Positions 12,998-27,717 of a stretch of 64,000 nucleotides of DNA are shown one piece after another. Every line of letters starts with the position of its first letter. The first letter of the stretch is position 1. The translations under genes and the position numbers were made by a program. A model generated the notes under the pieces. That model was not told the origin of the DNA. It ran no database searches and worked only from the letters and a program-made list of their open reading frames with translations. Source of the DNA: Octopus vulgaris (taxonomy: Eukaryota); the NCBI GenBank assembly GCA_951406725.2, contig OX597818.1, positions 63,178,001 through 63,242,000 of the forward strand. Reading direction: 5' to 3'.

Positions 12998-15069
12998 TCT
13001 TATCCATAATTATATTGTTGAACATAATGTATCGTCGGTGAAAAGGGAAATGAAACTTTGGGTTTCATTTTCAAGATGAAACTTAACTCATTTGATGTAG
13101 CTGACTAAAAACAGAAAATATTACACTTAGAAGAAATAAAACAGATCAATAGAATCACGACGCGACATATCGAATATTAGAATTTTAGAGAATGACAAGG
13201 CATGCGAGTTGCAATATGAATATTCGAGTTCCCACAGAAAATTGTGTTTGCTGCATTAGACATTTTAACAGTAAATGGGTTATGCTAAGACAGGAAATAA
13301 AAAAAAGATATCAGAAAACAAGTCTTTAACCCAGATAATTCCATGTAACTGATTTGTTCAGTGCTGATTTATTAGAAGTAGAATAATTAGTTTGCTGTAA
13401 TTATACTGTAATAGTATAATTATTTCCATTATACATAATATTAATGGTTTATTTATCGTGAATACAATAGAGAGATATCGGAGAATTCAATCTTTGCTAC
13501 ATAACATGATATAAAACAAAGTTTGTTGTTGTTTTTGTTTTGTTTTATAATGAAGGATGTATTCAAACTATCATGTGTAGTAACATTTTCTGTCTTTAAA
13601 ATACATCTTCCTGCACGAAATAATTCGATTAGAAAAAGCCGTTTGATATGAGAAAAACTGCTTTTAGTATTCTTAAAGAGATTTGTATAAATGCGCTTTC
13701 AGGTTAGCTAAAATGTATACTTATTATGAAAAAACACGCAAGCCTCACCTTTGAAATCTTTCTTATTGTTTCATGTGTCACTAAATGCTAGCCTGGCAAT
13801 ACAGCAGAGCTGCATATTTATCAAGTGATATAGAAACGTTTGACAGTTTAACGATTGAAAATATTTGCAATCATATTCCTTACGATGAACAAAGAAAACG
13901 CCTTTATGGAGAAAGTTATTGAATCCATGAAAATCCTTGGGAATCCTGCAACAAAGATAAGAGGTTAATACACTTAACTTCCTTTAAAAGCTAGCTCTTC
14001 TTAAGTGATATTAGAGAAAAAATTTTCATTCTGTACAACAGTGAGGAAATTCGGCATCCTATTAATATATTTACATATACCCTTTGTTTAATCCACTGCA
14101 CTAAATTACTAGGATCAAAATATTGATTTTTTTTTTACACGGTCAAAATATCTGAGATATTATATGGGGAATTAGAAGTTGCGATATTCATGCAATTCCT
14201 AGGAAGCATTATTGATTTAATGCTAATAGAATAGCTGCCATCATGATTGTAACATCGATTTAGACCGCTGGGACTGCTGGCATTAACATGTATTACACTC
14301 TAAGTCTAAAGTATTTCGTGTTCTCTCTCACTCTTTCTTTCTCTTGTTCCCCCTCTCACTCTCTCGTACCCTACTCTCTCTCTCTCTCTCTCAGCCGTTC
14401 TACTGTGGCTATGACAATGAAGCGTAATATTCAATTACCCAGTTGATCAATTCTTCAGAAGATAACCTAAACTTCAATAGTTCTTTACTCTAGATCCGCC
14501 AGCACTTTAAAAGTGAAAAGGTGTTTGCCCAGCCTCTAGAATCGAAATCAGTTCCTCGTGGTTTCTGAGAGGTTGTTTGATCCACTAATATCGTAATTCT
14601 ACAGTCTGTATTATCACTAACATGGCTGAGTGGACTCTGGAATTATTACATACAGAATGTTTTCGACACCAGGATATAACAAGATTTTAGACGTTGAAGG
14701 AACAAAAGATGTAACAACATAACACGATGGAAATTCAGTTAACTCGGCTTCTAATATTATATACGATGCATAAATAACGTTGTAATAGCTATGGCCGTGA
14801 GTCTTTGAACTACATTGTGAAACCATAACAACATATTCAGGAAATGTGGTCTCCCTTTGTCTCCAATTATTTGGAATGTTTAATATCATGAGTAATCAAA
14901 AAAAATGTTGTAATAAGGAAACTTAGAGTGCTTCCATATAAGAGTTGTTGGCCACTGCTCGCAAATTACAAAAGCAGTCTGAACATTATGATTTATTTTC
15001 TCCTACAACATATGAAAATATTTCTTAATACAATGACGTACATTTCACTTTTGCACACACACACACCTA

Positions 15070-15183
15070 TACGACGGGCTTCTTTCAGTGTCCGTCTACC
15101 CAAGGTGCTACGCAGTGGGATTTAACTCGGACCCATATGGTTGGTGAGCAAGCTACTTACCACACATCCACTCTTCCGCCTAT
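15070..15183 (-). mobile_element. Internal-microsatellite SINE, deleted 5' half
   Basis: cgacgggcttctttcagt...agctacttaccacac. Confidence 0.7.
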
Positions 15184-15649
15184 AGCCACCCCTGATCATT
15201 TAGATTCTTCCAATGATAAAAGACTTGGTAGTAATAAACAAAGAAAGCTTCATCACCGGAACCTAGATAATGAAAACAGTGTCACATTTTATACTTGAGA
15301 CAAGTCTTGCTTAACTTTACAACTCCACTTACAGGCTGTATATGCAATGTGCAAAATAGCTGATTTCTTTTTATTAAAATCCAAACCTAGCGAGACTGTT
15401 CGTTAAGCATTTACTCAAAACGCCAATCATTATTCATATCAATGTAAATTTGTCATATGTATTTGTGTATGTATGTATGTATGTCATTATTCAGTTTATT
15501 TCAAGAATTCTTGCCAAGAGAGAAAGAAGAGGTTTCTACACTAGATCCAAGGTTCCTTCAACATAAACAACGGTTATTTTGAAGGTATGTATGTTTGTAT
15601 GTATGTATGTGTAGATTTGTATGTTTTACGTGTGTCATCTCATGCATAT

Positions 15650-15829
15650 AGTGACCTGCCGGACGAGATAGTGAAGATGCCGACGACCGCTCGGTTCAAA
15701 GTCTCCCTTGACAACAAATGGCCTGAACTTTTTACATGAACACCACTCTGTACGTAACTCCATGTCTCCCTACATGGACTTGCTTTTTGCTTTTTGAGCC
15801 AAAAATTAACTAACTAACTAACTAACTAC
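15650..15829 (+). mobile_element. CR1/L2-type LINE extreme 3' end with (TAAC)n tail
   Basis: SDLPDEIVKMPTTARFKVSLDNKWPELFT*; 3'UTR hairpin tccatgt-ctccct-acatgga; about five TAAC repeats as tail. Confidence 0.75.
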
Positions 15830-16129
15830 ATTTAAATGATAAACTTCTAGAAAATTTACAGATTTTTACAGTTCCAGTGATGGACTGGGTCTGTAGTCTT
15901 CGAATTAGCTTTCTGATTTCTAGTATTGAGAAGCCTAATTTCTCAAGATTGGTATGTAAGCAGTGTATTGCATATCCCAGGGCCCCAGTAAGTAACGATA
16001 TAAACCTGAACTAGTAATCTGGATAGAGTAACTGTAGATTTGGCAAGAGTTCAGCATAGGCGTTCTCTTTTTCACTGACAAACAGGTGAAACCAAAGTGC
16101 TCAAAACCCCACCCCCAGCGCCCCAACTA

Positions 16130-17389
16130 CAACGAAATAAAAGAAGAGATCGCGGAATTCTGTAGAAAATTATAACTTACGAGAATGGTCCCCTCCTTTG
16201 CTAACCTATTCATGGGATATCTAGAAATCAGTCTTTATCGTAAGGTACTAGAAACATACGGAAAAATAAGGAAACCCATTTTCCCACTACATGGAAAATA
16301 ACCGGTAGAGGTATCTGGATGATTGCTTCATACTTTGGCATGAAAGTATAGAGAGACGTAAAGAAGCACTTATAAATGAACTGGATATAAACATCTAATT
16401 TACGATGAAATATAGACATCAACAACTTCCATTCCTCGAAATCCAACAGCGATATATTATAAGCCCATTATCTACAATTCAACTCATGCCACACCAGACA
16501 CACACTAGAATGAATATCCCCTGGCAAAAAGGATACTCTCACCAGTAGGAACTATGCATCATCACTAAGTTATATACGATTTCAGTATGCCCTAAAACTC
16601 AACCAAAAGCCCTACCATAAATCTCCACAATCAACACTTTTAACAAGAATACCTTCGACTCAACCCTCCAGAAATTCCTCTAATAAAAGGAACCAGAGAA
16701 TGAATCTAATCCTTCAAACACACATCATCATAAAGAGCAAAAGACAACGGAAGTCAATGAAAAATTTTCTAACACAAGTCGAAGTAGACTCGATAATAAC
16801 ATTGAAACCGTCAGTAAAAAAATGTGGAAGAGCTAACTATGGTATGTGCAACAACCTAATTGACAGATCGGAGTTCTCTTTCAAACCGGGTCAACCTTTT
16901 ACGCTGATAAACAATTTCACATGAGCTTCGGAAAGCTTGATATATGTATTAACTTGCTCTGCGTGTCGAGAGCTATACATAGGCCAAACCAAAACATTCT
17001 ACGGAGGATGAACCTCCATAGGTCCCAGATTAAATTTCGAGAAATCAGAAAAATAACATTTAGCGAACACAACGACATTTGTACTACTAACGAAGAACCT
17101 AAATTCAGAATTTTTCCACTCAATAAATTCAAGGACGAAGCAACCTATAAGCAGTGCATTCACACAGAGTCATTTTTTTATCGCAAAATATAAACTCTTT
17201 TTGAATACTTCCACCACAGTTGACACTACTACAACGATCTTAGAATAATACCCATGCAAATATTAAAAACGATATATTCATAAATATTCCAATCACTACC
17301 GCTGTAACCACAGCAGGTAACTTCTAGATCACTTGAGCATTTAGGAAGAATCTACCAAAAGGCTACTACTGTCGAAACACTCCCTACTG

Positions 17390-17390
<1 letters not shown>
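16130..17390 (+). mobile_element. Degenerate Penelope-like element (RT plus GIY-YIG endonuclease)
   Basis: PSFANLFMGYLE (~16190), RYLDDCFILW (~16310), LPFLE, and GIY-YIG remnant LIYVLTCSACRELYIGQT..RRMNLHRSQI (~16940-17030). Many stops and frameshifts. Confidence 0.8.
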
Positions 17391-17391
<1 letters not shown>

Positions 17392-17421
<30 letters not shown>

Positions 17422-17739
17422 CTCTCTTTCTTCTTCTTCTTCTTCTTCTTCTTCTTCTTTTTTTTTTCTTCTTCTTCTTCTTCTTCTTCTTCTTCTCCCC
17501 GTCTCCTTCCTCGGCCACTGCTGCATAAGCAATTAAAATCCACAACCAACATCTTTCATATTAAATATTTCTTCAGATCTGCTACTACCTACCTACCTAC
17601 CTACCTACCTACCTACCTACCTACCTACTTACCTACCTACCTACCTACCTACCTACCTACCTACTTACCTACCTACCTAACTAACTAACTAACTAACTAA
17701 CTAAATTCCTACCCATCTACCAACCGAGCTTTCACAGAA

Positions 17740-17772
<33 letters not shown>
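17392..17772. repeat. Cluster of (TTC)n, (CCTA)n, (CTAA)n and (GA)n microsatellites
   Basis: Direct inspection. Confidence 0.95.
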
Positions 17773-17775
<3 letters not shown>

Positions 17776-17985
17776 GAAAAAAAAGAAAATGTCCCACCTA
17801 TTTGAAAAGTATGAAAATATCTTGAAAAACATTTCATTAAATTTTTCTACGATATAATTTTTTTTTTATGAAAAAGGCACAAAGTCTGAAACCGGCACTA
17901 AAATGTTCTTCGTGATAAAATCCATTTAGCATTTACTACCTTGTTCTATTCTACTTATATATATGTATGTGTGTGTATGTGTGTG

Positions 17986-18025
<40 letters not shown>

Positions 18026-18031
<6 letters not shown>

Positions 18032-18287
18032 TAAATTAGAGATAAAACCACTATTAGGCAAATCAATACTTTTAATATATATTTTAATACTTTTGATATA
18101 TATTTAAAATAATATAAATTAAATTAATTTTATGTATTGGCTTATGTTTTTCATTGTTTGATTTGCCTAATAGTGGTTTTATCTCTAATTTAATATAATA
18201 TAATATAATATATTTATACTATAAAATTGGATTTAATCCTAAATCTGATTTTTCCCTGTAAGTTGGGATTTATTCCCTAATATTTTA

Positions 18288-18290
<3 letters not shown>
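18026..18290. mobile_element. Short (TA)n-embedded element with a 41-bp inverted repeat (Penelope terminus-like)
   Basis: 18026-18066 is the reverse complement of 18158-18198. A related copy lies at 23662-23845. Confidence 0.6.
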
Positions 18291-18338
<48 letters not shown>

Positions 18339-18559
18339 TCTATCTATATAGAAACAAACGCGTGCGCGCACACACATATATGTATATACATATGTGTGTG
18401 TGGTGAGTACTTTCGTATGCACAGGCAGCGACACAAATGAATATAGACACACATCTTTGGAATATTATCGCAAGTGTGCACACAAATATCATTACGGCTG
18501 ATGAAAGAAGTATTTGAAATGCAACGTTATTAATAGCCACCAAACCCTAATTCAATAAT

Positions 18560-19320
18560 CTAAGATGCCTCTGTTATCGGTTAAAGAATATTTCCTATCA
18601 ATGAAACTCGAGCGTGAGTCAGCGGAAATATTTAGATGAAAAAATACGAATGAAAAGTGCTCTATTCTGGAATAAAGGCATTTTTGTCTAATAACTATTT
18701 GCGTAAAAACTATTAATAGAAGCTTTTGTTCCCTCTGTATTCCCTGTATAAGAAACTAAACGTACTGGAAATTACTATGTAAAATATTCCCTTGAGGTGT
18801 TTCCCATCAGTTTATATTTTTTAAGAATCTCAGATCAGTTCCTCATTATACATTATCCATTGTTAATCTTCGCAAAAATGGAGTATAGGCGTCAATGTGT
18901 ATGTCTAATAAAGCCGAGCACCCACTTTTGTTCTACACCAAAACATTTTAGATTCGTTCATCGAGCGACTGCCTATATTCCTAATATATAGCAGAAAACC
19001 ATTAAATGAATTCCTTTTATTGAAAATACTTTCCGCGTTCGTTTTTCTTTAGAGTTCTTGAGTCTCAAAGGGAGAATTAGTCTGCCAATTACATAGATAA
19101 TCTCACTTGATCTGATGTACTTAATGGATATTACATTTTGAGACGCTTATCGGATCTCGTCTATGCATTGATGACAATTATATTTTTGTCTTCTTCATCT
19201 CTAAATATTATTGGTGAAATATGTTCGATATATTTTGTCAAAGCATGATTAATTTAAATTGTCATGTTAATGTGCCCTGCATTAAATATCTTACGGCTGA
19301 ATTAGCTACATAACAAAACG
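18560..19320 (-). mobile_element. Possible highly degraded Penelope RT remnant
   Basis: Minus-strand GNTEGTKASINSFYAN resembles GxAMGTxxAPxYAN, and KYFR follows downstream. Boundaries are uncertain. Confidence 0.3.
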
Positions 19321-19329
19321 AGAACATTT

Positions 19330-19600
19330 ATGTCTGGGAATTTCGTCAATGGAAACTGCGGAATCCTCGTTATGTGCATGCTTCTATACGCATGCGTTCG
19401 TCCGCGTTATTACATTCATGTGTCTTTAAATATTATCGCAAGTGTGCACACAAATATCATTAAGTATCTTATTACATTTATGTGTCTTTAAAGCAACGGT
19501 TCGGTAATAGAACACGATAGAGTAAGCACAAATCATCAAAATAATTACGAGGAGTGGTGGAATTATCTGACTACACCCCACCATGGGTGCTCTCCAATGA
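19330..19600 (+). mobile_element. Degenerate internal-microsatellite SINE
   Basis: ggaaactgcggaatcctcg and cggttcggtaatagaacacgatagagtaag match the family body. Confidence 0.45.
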
Positions 19601-19624
19601 TTGAATATATATATATATATATAT

Positions 19625-19983
19625 AAATTTTAAAATGAGGGTGAAAAACTGGATATTAATTTGATTGAGATCAATTTAAAACCAGTGGTCTAGCATAGTA
19701 AAATCTGAAGGTTCAGAAAATTGTATTATATACATATGAGAGGGATGACCATTATGTGGAAAACCATTATGCTAGAAGTAGATCCGCTATGGTCTTACCA
19801 CTGAGAAATGTTCTCATGTTCATGTTTATGGTTAATCTATATTTTTGTTGCTTTTCATTTGTCTTGCTCGCGTACGTTCTTGTGTTTGCTAAATATTCTT
19901 GGGAACATTTCTTAGTGGTAAGACTATAGCGGATCTACTTCTAGCATAAGGGTCGTCCACGTAATGGTCATCCCTCACATATG

Positions 19984-19985
<2 letters not shown>
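19625..19985. mobile_element. (TA)n-embedded element with an ~80-bp imperfect inverted repeat
   Basis: Arms at ~19735-19815 and ~19900-19982; TA tracts on both flanks. Confidence 0.55.
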
Positions 19986-20062
<77 letters not shown>

Positions 20063-22231
20063 CCGTGCGTACATGGGTGTTCCTAAATAAGTAATTGCTA
20101 CAATTCAATTATTTGTATCAGTATCATATTGCAGTTATTTACAACTGAAACCTACTTCTATAAATGAAATTTCAATTTGCATGGAGAAACAATAAGAAGT
20201 GTTCTTACCAACAATACCGAATATGACGGTATCATATACGGCAAACGATGAAGTAATAACAAAATTGTGATTCCATCAGTGGCTTCCATTTAATGTTACT
20301 CTAACAACATTAACGAGTTAATGTAGATGTAATTAAATTGAAATGAAACAAACTGTCTCCTAAGATACCAAGTGTAATTTCATAACCCTAGAATGAGTTG
20401 TGATAATTTCACCACCGATCATTATACAATGGCTGCTGCATATCCATTGATTTCAGATGAAATAATAATACATATATGCATATATATATATATATACAAG
20501 CATGTGTGCCTGTACATACATACATATATAAAAACAAACATACATACAAAGATACATACATTGATATATACATTCACACATACACACACACACACACATA
20601 CAAAATCACTCACACGCATATTTACCCAATATTTGGGGTATATGTATTTTGGGCGATCTTGTGAATAAAAGCTTCAACTGTGCTTTGGTAAGAACGTCTA
20701 TTTCTAATAATTATTTTAATAACAAAATATAGAAATGATGGAACATAATATATATGCTTTACTTTCTCTTAAATATCGGACCGTGTGAGTGCAATATATG
20801 GATTTCAATCTCTTAAATGTTGCGCTAAACCTTTCCGTATGCTAAAATTCAAAGGAAAAAAAATAACGCATTAAAATAACTGAAATTGTAATCTTTATTA
20901 ATAAACTTATATAATAAATGCATAAAGCTTGCCTCACTTTGAAAATACATTGTGTAAGCAGCTTTAATTGCGCTTATCTGATTGTCATTAAATCTATCCA
21001 TAAATAATTAATTATTGAACTCCGTACGATGAGGTTTAGTAAAGATACGAAGTCGTTAATATTTTCTGAAAACACCTCATTTAATCTCATTTATGACCAT
21101 CAAAACAAATATTAATTTTTGATATCAAATAAACTGAATTTTCCGAAACATATTTCTTTATAAATGATCAGGTTTAAAAGGAAACAAGATTATTAAATCT
21201 AGAAAAAAATAAAAGGCAAGATGATTGACTAATATTTCAATAGTGTGCATAAAGCATTAAATCAAGATTAAACGTTAAAAGATGATCTATATAAACATTA
21301 GGACGGTATTATTAACATATATAATATGAATATTGCTTTACAATTGCGAATATTTTGGAACAAAATTTATGAATTATGTAGTACCAGTGTCACAATAAAT
21401 TTTGCAGAATAATATGTTTTTTTCCATGAGAATAATTCGCATTCATACAAATATTTTTGAAATCTATCAATTATTGTATATAAGGCTTTCTAGGGAAAAT
21501 TTATAGGGTTTCCTCAAATACTGAATATGAACATTTGTGAAAAAGACGCAAAGTCTGAAACCGGCACTAAAATGTTATTCGTCATAAAATTATTTTAGCA
21601 TTTTCTACCTAGTCCTATTTTACTTATATATATAAGTGTGTGTGTGTGTGTATGTGTGTGTGTGTATGTATGTGCATACATATATATATATATATTCATA
21701 TATCTATACATACACGTACATACACACACACATATATATAGGTATTGTAAAACTTTTCATACTTACGAGAGTATAAAGGATCCGCAAAAATTGCAACATT
21801 CGGCGTCGGTATAAGACACTCCTGTTGCCCTTTTCAAAACATGAAATTCAAATATCCTCTATACCTATTGTTCCTAAGCTTTCTTGGCTAAAATATAGAT
21901 TCTTTGAAGTGGTTAAAGAAAGTAATTATGGTGGAAGTCTATCAAAGAAATACAATTTAAAACCGTTACATACATACATACGAAAATTTATAGAATGAAA
22001 TTTCAAATTCCACCATTTTATATATTAGTTAAATTTAAAGAAAGCTGAAATTAGGTAATTAAAAATTAATAAAACATACAAATTATATTATTTTAACATG
22101 AAATTCCCCATGAAATCCCTACGCGTGATTCGCAAATTTAAAAAAAAAATCTAATACAGGAAATTATCACATTGCAAAAGAGAAATCGTGAAACCGTATA
22201 TTTCCGTGGGTGTTTCTATTGTTTTCGTTCC

Positions 22232-23353
<1,122 letters not shown>

Positions 23354-23370
23354 TATCTATCTATCTATCC

Positions 23371-23418
<48 letters not shown>

Positions 23419-23661
23419 CTCTATATATCTGTCTGTCTGTATGTCTGTCTGTCTGTGTGTCTGTCTGTATGTCTGTATGTCTGTCTATCTATCTATCTGC
23501 CTGTCTGTCAGTCAGTCAGTCTGTCTGTCTGTCTGTTTGCATGTATGTCTATCTTTATATCCCCATTCTCTAGGATCATATTGTTTTACACCCATCACGT
23601 TTAACATGCTCGCCATGTCACAATACTTAACAATTTTTTTCCAGTTATATATATATATATA

Positions 23662-23840
23662 TTATATTAAATTAGGGACAAAACCACTATTAGGTAAATC
23701 ATACAATGAAAAACTTAAGCCAATACATAAGATTATTTAATTTATATTATTTAAATATATAACAAAATTATTAAAAAAATATAATTAATATAACACTACG
23801 ACCATTTCATGGATTTATTCCCTAATATTTATTATTAATT

Positions 23841-23845
<5 letters not shown>
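23662..23845. mobile_element. Second copy of the 18026-family element, also internally inverted
   Basis: 23662-23770 matches the reverse complement of ~18090-18197, while ggatttattccctaatattt (23811) is in the same orientation as at 18266. TA flanks. Confidence 0.55.
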
Positions 23846-23882
<37 letters not shown>

Positions 23883-24212
23883 CATATGTATATGTATATG
23901 TGTATGTGTGTGACTAGATATAAAACTAACTTAGGTTTCATTAACATTACATTATATAAGGAAATAGCTTATAAATAGATTTTATCATCGAATCAACAGA
24001 TTGCCAAACATATCTAAAACCAACTTTAGATATGGAATAGCATATTCAACTACTACAACAGCACTGCCAAAGAAAGAAGAGGTTAAGATCTCTTTTGTGT
24101 ACTAATGTAGTACGAGAGAGAAATTAGTCCTCTCGAATATAACAAAACTACATTTTGTTTGCGCTACTGATGTGGGGCATCCCTTCATAAATATGCTCAT
24201 AGTAAAGTTTAC

Positions 24213-24608
24213 TTACTCTCTTACTCTTTTACTTGTTTCAGTCATTTGACTGCGGCCATGCTGGAGCACCGCCTTTAGCCGAACAAATCAACCCGGGACT
24301 TATTCTTTGTAAGCCCAGTACTTATTATATCGGTCTCTTTTTGCCGAACCGCTAAATGACGGGGACGTAAACACACCAGCATCGGTTGTCAAGCAATGCT
24401 AGGGGGGACAAACACAGACACACAACCCCCCCACACACATACATACATTTATATACATATATACGACGGTCTTCTACCAAATCCACTCACAAGGCATTGG
24501 TCGGCCCGGGGCTATAGCAGAAGACACTTGCCCAAGATGCCACGCAGTGGGACTGAACCCGGAACCATGTGGTTGGTTAGGAAGCTACTTACCACACAGC
24601 CACTCCTT
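24213..24608 (-). mobile_element. Internal-microsatellite SINE
   Basis: Reverse-complement match to 41656-42068. Confidence 0.85.
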
Positions 24609-25781
24609 GCTTGTTATTACATGCTTCCAATTTTTGTTCCTTATTTATCATTTATCTTCGCAGACTTACAGGCGAATTCTATCATACAACACATACACAC
24701 TCACCATTGGACACATGCAAAAGTGTATGCCCCCGTGCGCAACATAGATATATCAAAACTCACACACGCAGAGCGATAATCGCTCAAGCATAACTTTACA
24801 AATAAAACACAAACACAATAACACAGAGATAAAGATATCTTGCCACTTAACCACCGTACAAACATTTATACCTGACACCCGGTCACATGCAAATACACGC
24901 AAAGCACGCAGTCATTATCATTCTCCAAGTCTCCTAAGCCCTGCAGAAATACTCATAGCACATATATATCACATGCATAAATCTTAGACACTACAGACTC
25001 TCTAAAATCTTGTTGATCATCAACATCATAAACACACTCTAACAAATACGCTGACGTTACTTCTATTGACAAGCATAGATTTAATTTATTGCCCGAACAT
25101 TAGGATATATACAACAGAACATAACAAATTTATTTTCTGATAGTTCACTAAAGTGAAACAAATGCAACTTGAACAATCGACCATATTGTTTGAATGTTTC
25201 TGGCGTACACGATCTGACGCCTGGATGAAAATTTGATCGAACCAGCTGGCAAATTGGCGCAACATCTGCGTGATGGACTGACCTTCGCAGACAAGAATAT
25301 TGACATCAATGGACAATACTCTGTTCTACGTACAGCAATGATTTTTGGTGCCACTGCTATTGATTATCTCGTCCCTTTCTGCGCTTCCTCCCGTCTGCTT
25401 GCCTTCATCTTACCTTCCATATCATCACTCCCATCAGTTATTTCCTTCCCAAATATCCAAACGCAACTAGCCGACCAATTTCAAAATAACTTGATTGGAT
25501 ATCCTTATCCTTAATTGTGGCCCACATTCATAAAACTTATTTACTATTTCACTCTGCAGACCCTCCTTCACCATTCCAACTTCTTCTTGTTCCTTTTGTG
25601 TTTCGATATTAAATCCATTCACATGGACTTCCTGCCCTCATGTCCTTGCTAAGCTCCCGTCTTATATTTCAGTCTAAACCTACCTATTCGAAATCGTCGA
25701 GCATTTCTTAGACTGACATACACAGAATCGTCTCTCTCTTCACAGTGAAATTTACAAGCCAGCTTTTGACGGTTACGTGGA

Positions 25782-25851
<70 letters not shown>

Positions 25852-25854
<3 letters not shown>

Positions 25855-26287
25855 GGTCAGGCAAAATGATCTGACACATTTGTAGGTTAAATAAAAGGCA
25901 AATGAAGTAAAGAAACAAAAAAGTGTTTTCAGTTTTGAAAAGTACATATAATGCCATTTTGTTTCATTTTTTTCTCTGGGGATACCTCAAGTCAAAGGTA
26001 TACATTAATAGCCTTCGATCTATTGAACAACTTAAAGATGCAATTCGTCAAGAAATTACTGCCATTCCACATGAAATGACCCGCCGAGTTATTGACAACT
26101 TTCGTGAACGCCTTCGACAGTGTGTGGACAATAATGGATCCCATTTGACTGATTTAATTTTTAAAACATAATGAAACAAAATGGCGTTATATGTACTTTT
26201 CAAAACTAAAAAACACTTTTTTGTTTCTTTACTTCATTTGCCTTTTATTTAACCTACAAATGTGTCAGATCATTTTGCCTGACTCTG
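25852..26287 (+). mobile_element. Tc1/mariner-superfamily (rosa/maT-like) internal-deletion derivative with ~117-bp TIRs, in (TA)n
   Basis: TIRs cagggtcaggcaaaatgatctgacac... / ...gtgtcagatcattttgcctgactctg; TA TSD; core encodes FFLWGYLKSKVY...RLRQCVDNNGSHLTD*. Confidence 0.9.
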
Positions 26288-26439
26288 TATATATATATAT
26301 ATATATCTTCATTCATTTCATTGCATCTGACCAAGCATTTTATGGCAGATACATCGATAAGTTCACCAGCATTATTTCCCTCTCCTACGTCATTTCCTTT
26401 TCACTGATAATCTAGTTTCGACCAGAGAACATATGATTT

Positions 26440-27000
26440 ACGGTTTTAAATGCCTGGTTTCCGCGATATCGTGAAGAGGCACGTCACATCTCAGCGAATG
26501 TTACCATCGGACATGTATAATATATGTCCGTTTAAAAACATATCACATCACTTCTCGTTCCTCACAGCAACAGTGTCGAGAAAACTATTACCACATTTCT
26601 AATTTTGTGTTAGAAGCATTTTCCCAGCCATATCTAGCCATAACAGTACAACGCATTATTTTCTTCGTCTAATGCTCTGCTTTCTCGGGAATGAATATTT
26701 CTGTAAGCTTCATAAAGCAACACTTTGACATACAGCAATATGGAAGTAGAGACCGTTGTCTTTTAGAGTGTAGTTATACAAAAATAGCGGTTATCTTCAG
26801 TCCCGGAGCACAGAAGCATCTGAAACAGGATGTTCGTTGTTGTAATGAGAAGTTTGTGGAACATTTTGTTATAAACCACCGAAGACTGAGATTTGAAAAT
26901 AGGGGGAGCTGTGGTAATCTCTGTGAGAAACAATTGTAATAAATATTGATACGATCTAAAATTTTGCAGATAGTCTCTTCAATGTGCAAGCAATCCGTAA
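26440..27000 (-). mobile_element. Possible decayed piggyBac transposase C-terminal remnant
   Basis: Minus-strand traces RWF(D)NK, WLDMA..NA and RCDVPL in piggyBac order, only with frameshifts. Confidence 0.3.
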
Positions 27001-27601
27001 ATGGAATTTAAAACACTAAATTCCCTGTACGACTGGTTCTACGGTCATGTATATATTTTTGAGTAGCCGTTAGCGTAATGTAATTTTATTTTAATTTAAG
27101 ATATGGATGACGTAAGTTTGCTTTTAACGTCCCCGTTCTTCTAAACACCTACTAAATAACTTACTCGCTTTGTGATCATGAGTCTACCTAAACACTCGTG
27201 TGCGTATGCTCACATTTTTGCTAATGCTTGTATGAGCGTGTGTGCTCGTGCTATGCAGCTTGCCCAAGGGCGTTTATACATCCACATCGGTGAACGGTTA
27301 TTTTCAATATTTCGTTTCTCTTTTTGTCTTCTGCAATTATATTTTTTGATCTTCTGTATATATGAAGAATTTTCCTCTCTCTGGCTGTTTTCTCTCTACA
27401 AAACACAAAATTGCATTGTGGAACAATCATGTTGATGAGGTATTATTTATTTATTTATCACCCGACGAGATACATCTGCAACACCGGATGCTCCTGAACC
27501 AGTTGTTAATTATCCCACAAGAAGAATCGATGCTAGATGTGTCGAAACAATTGTTGGCATTGATAATATATTCTCGTATATTCTGTTTTCTGTCTTTCAT
27601 T

Positions 27602-27717
<116 letters not shown>

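Noticed and set aside
25086-25514. Overlapping ORFs in moderately GC-rich sequence
   Set aside because: No recognisable domain or splice structure; probably decayed TE.
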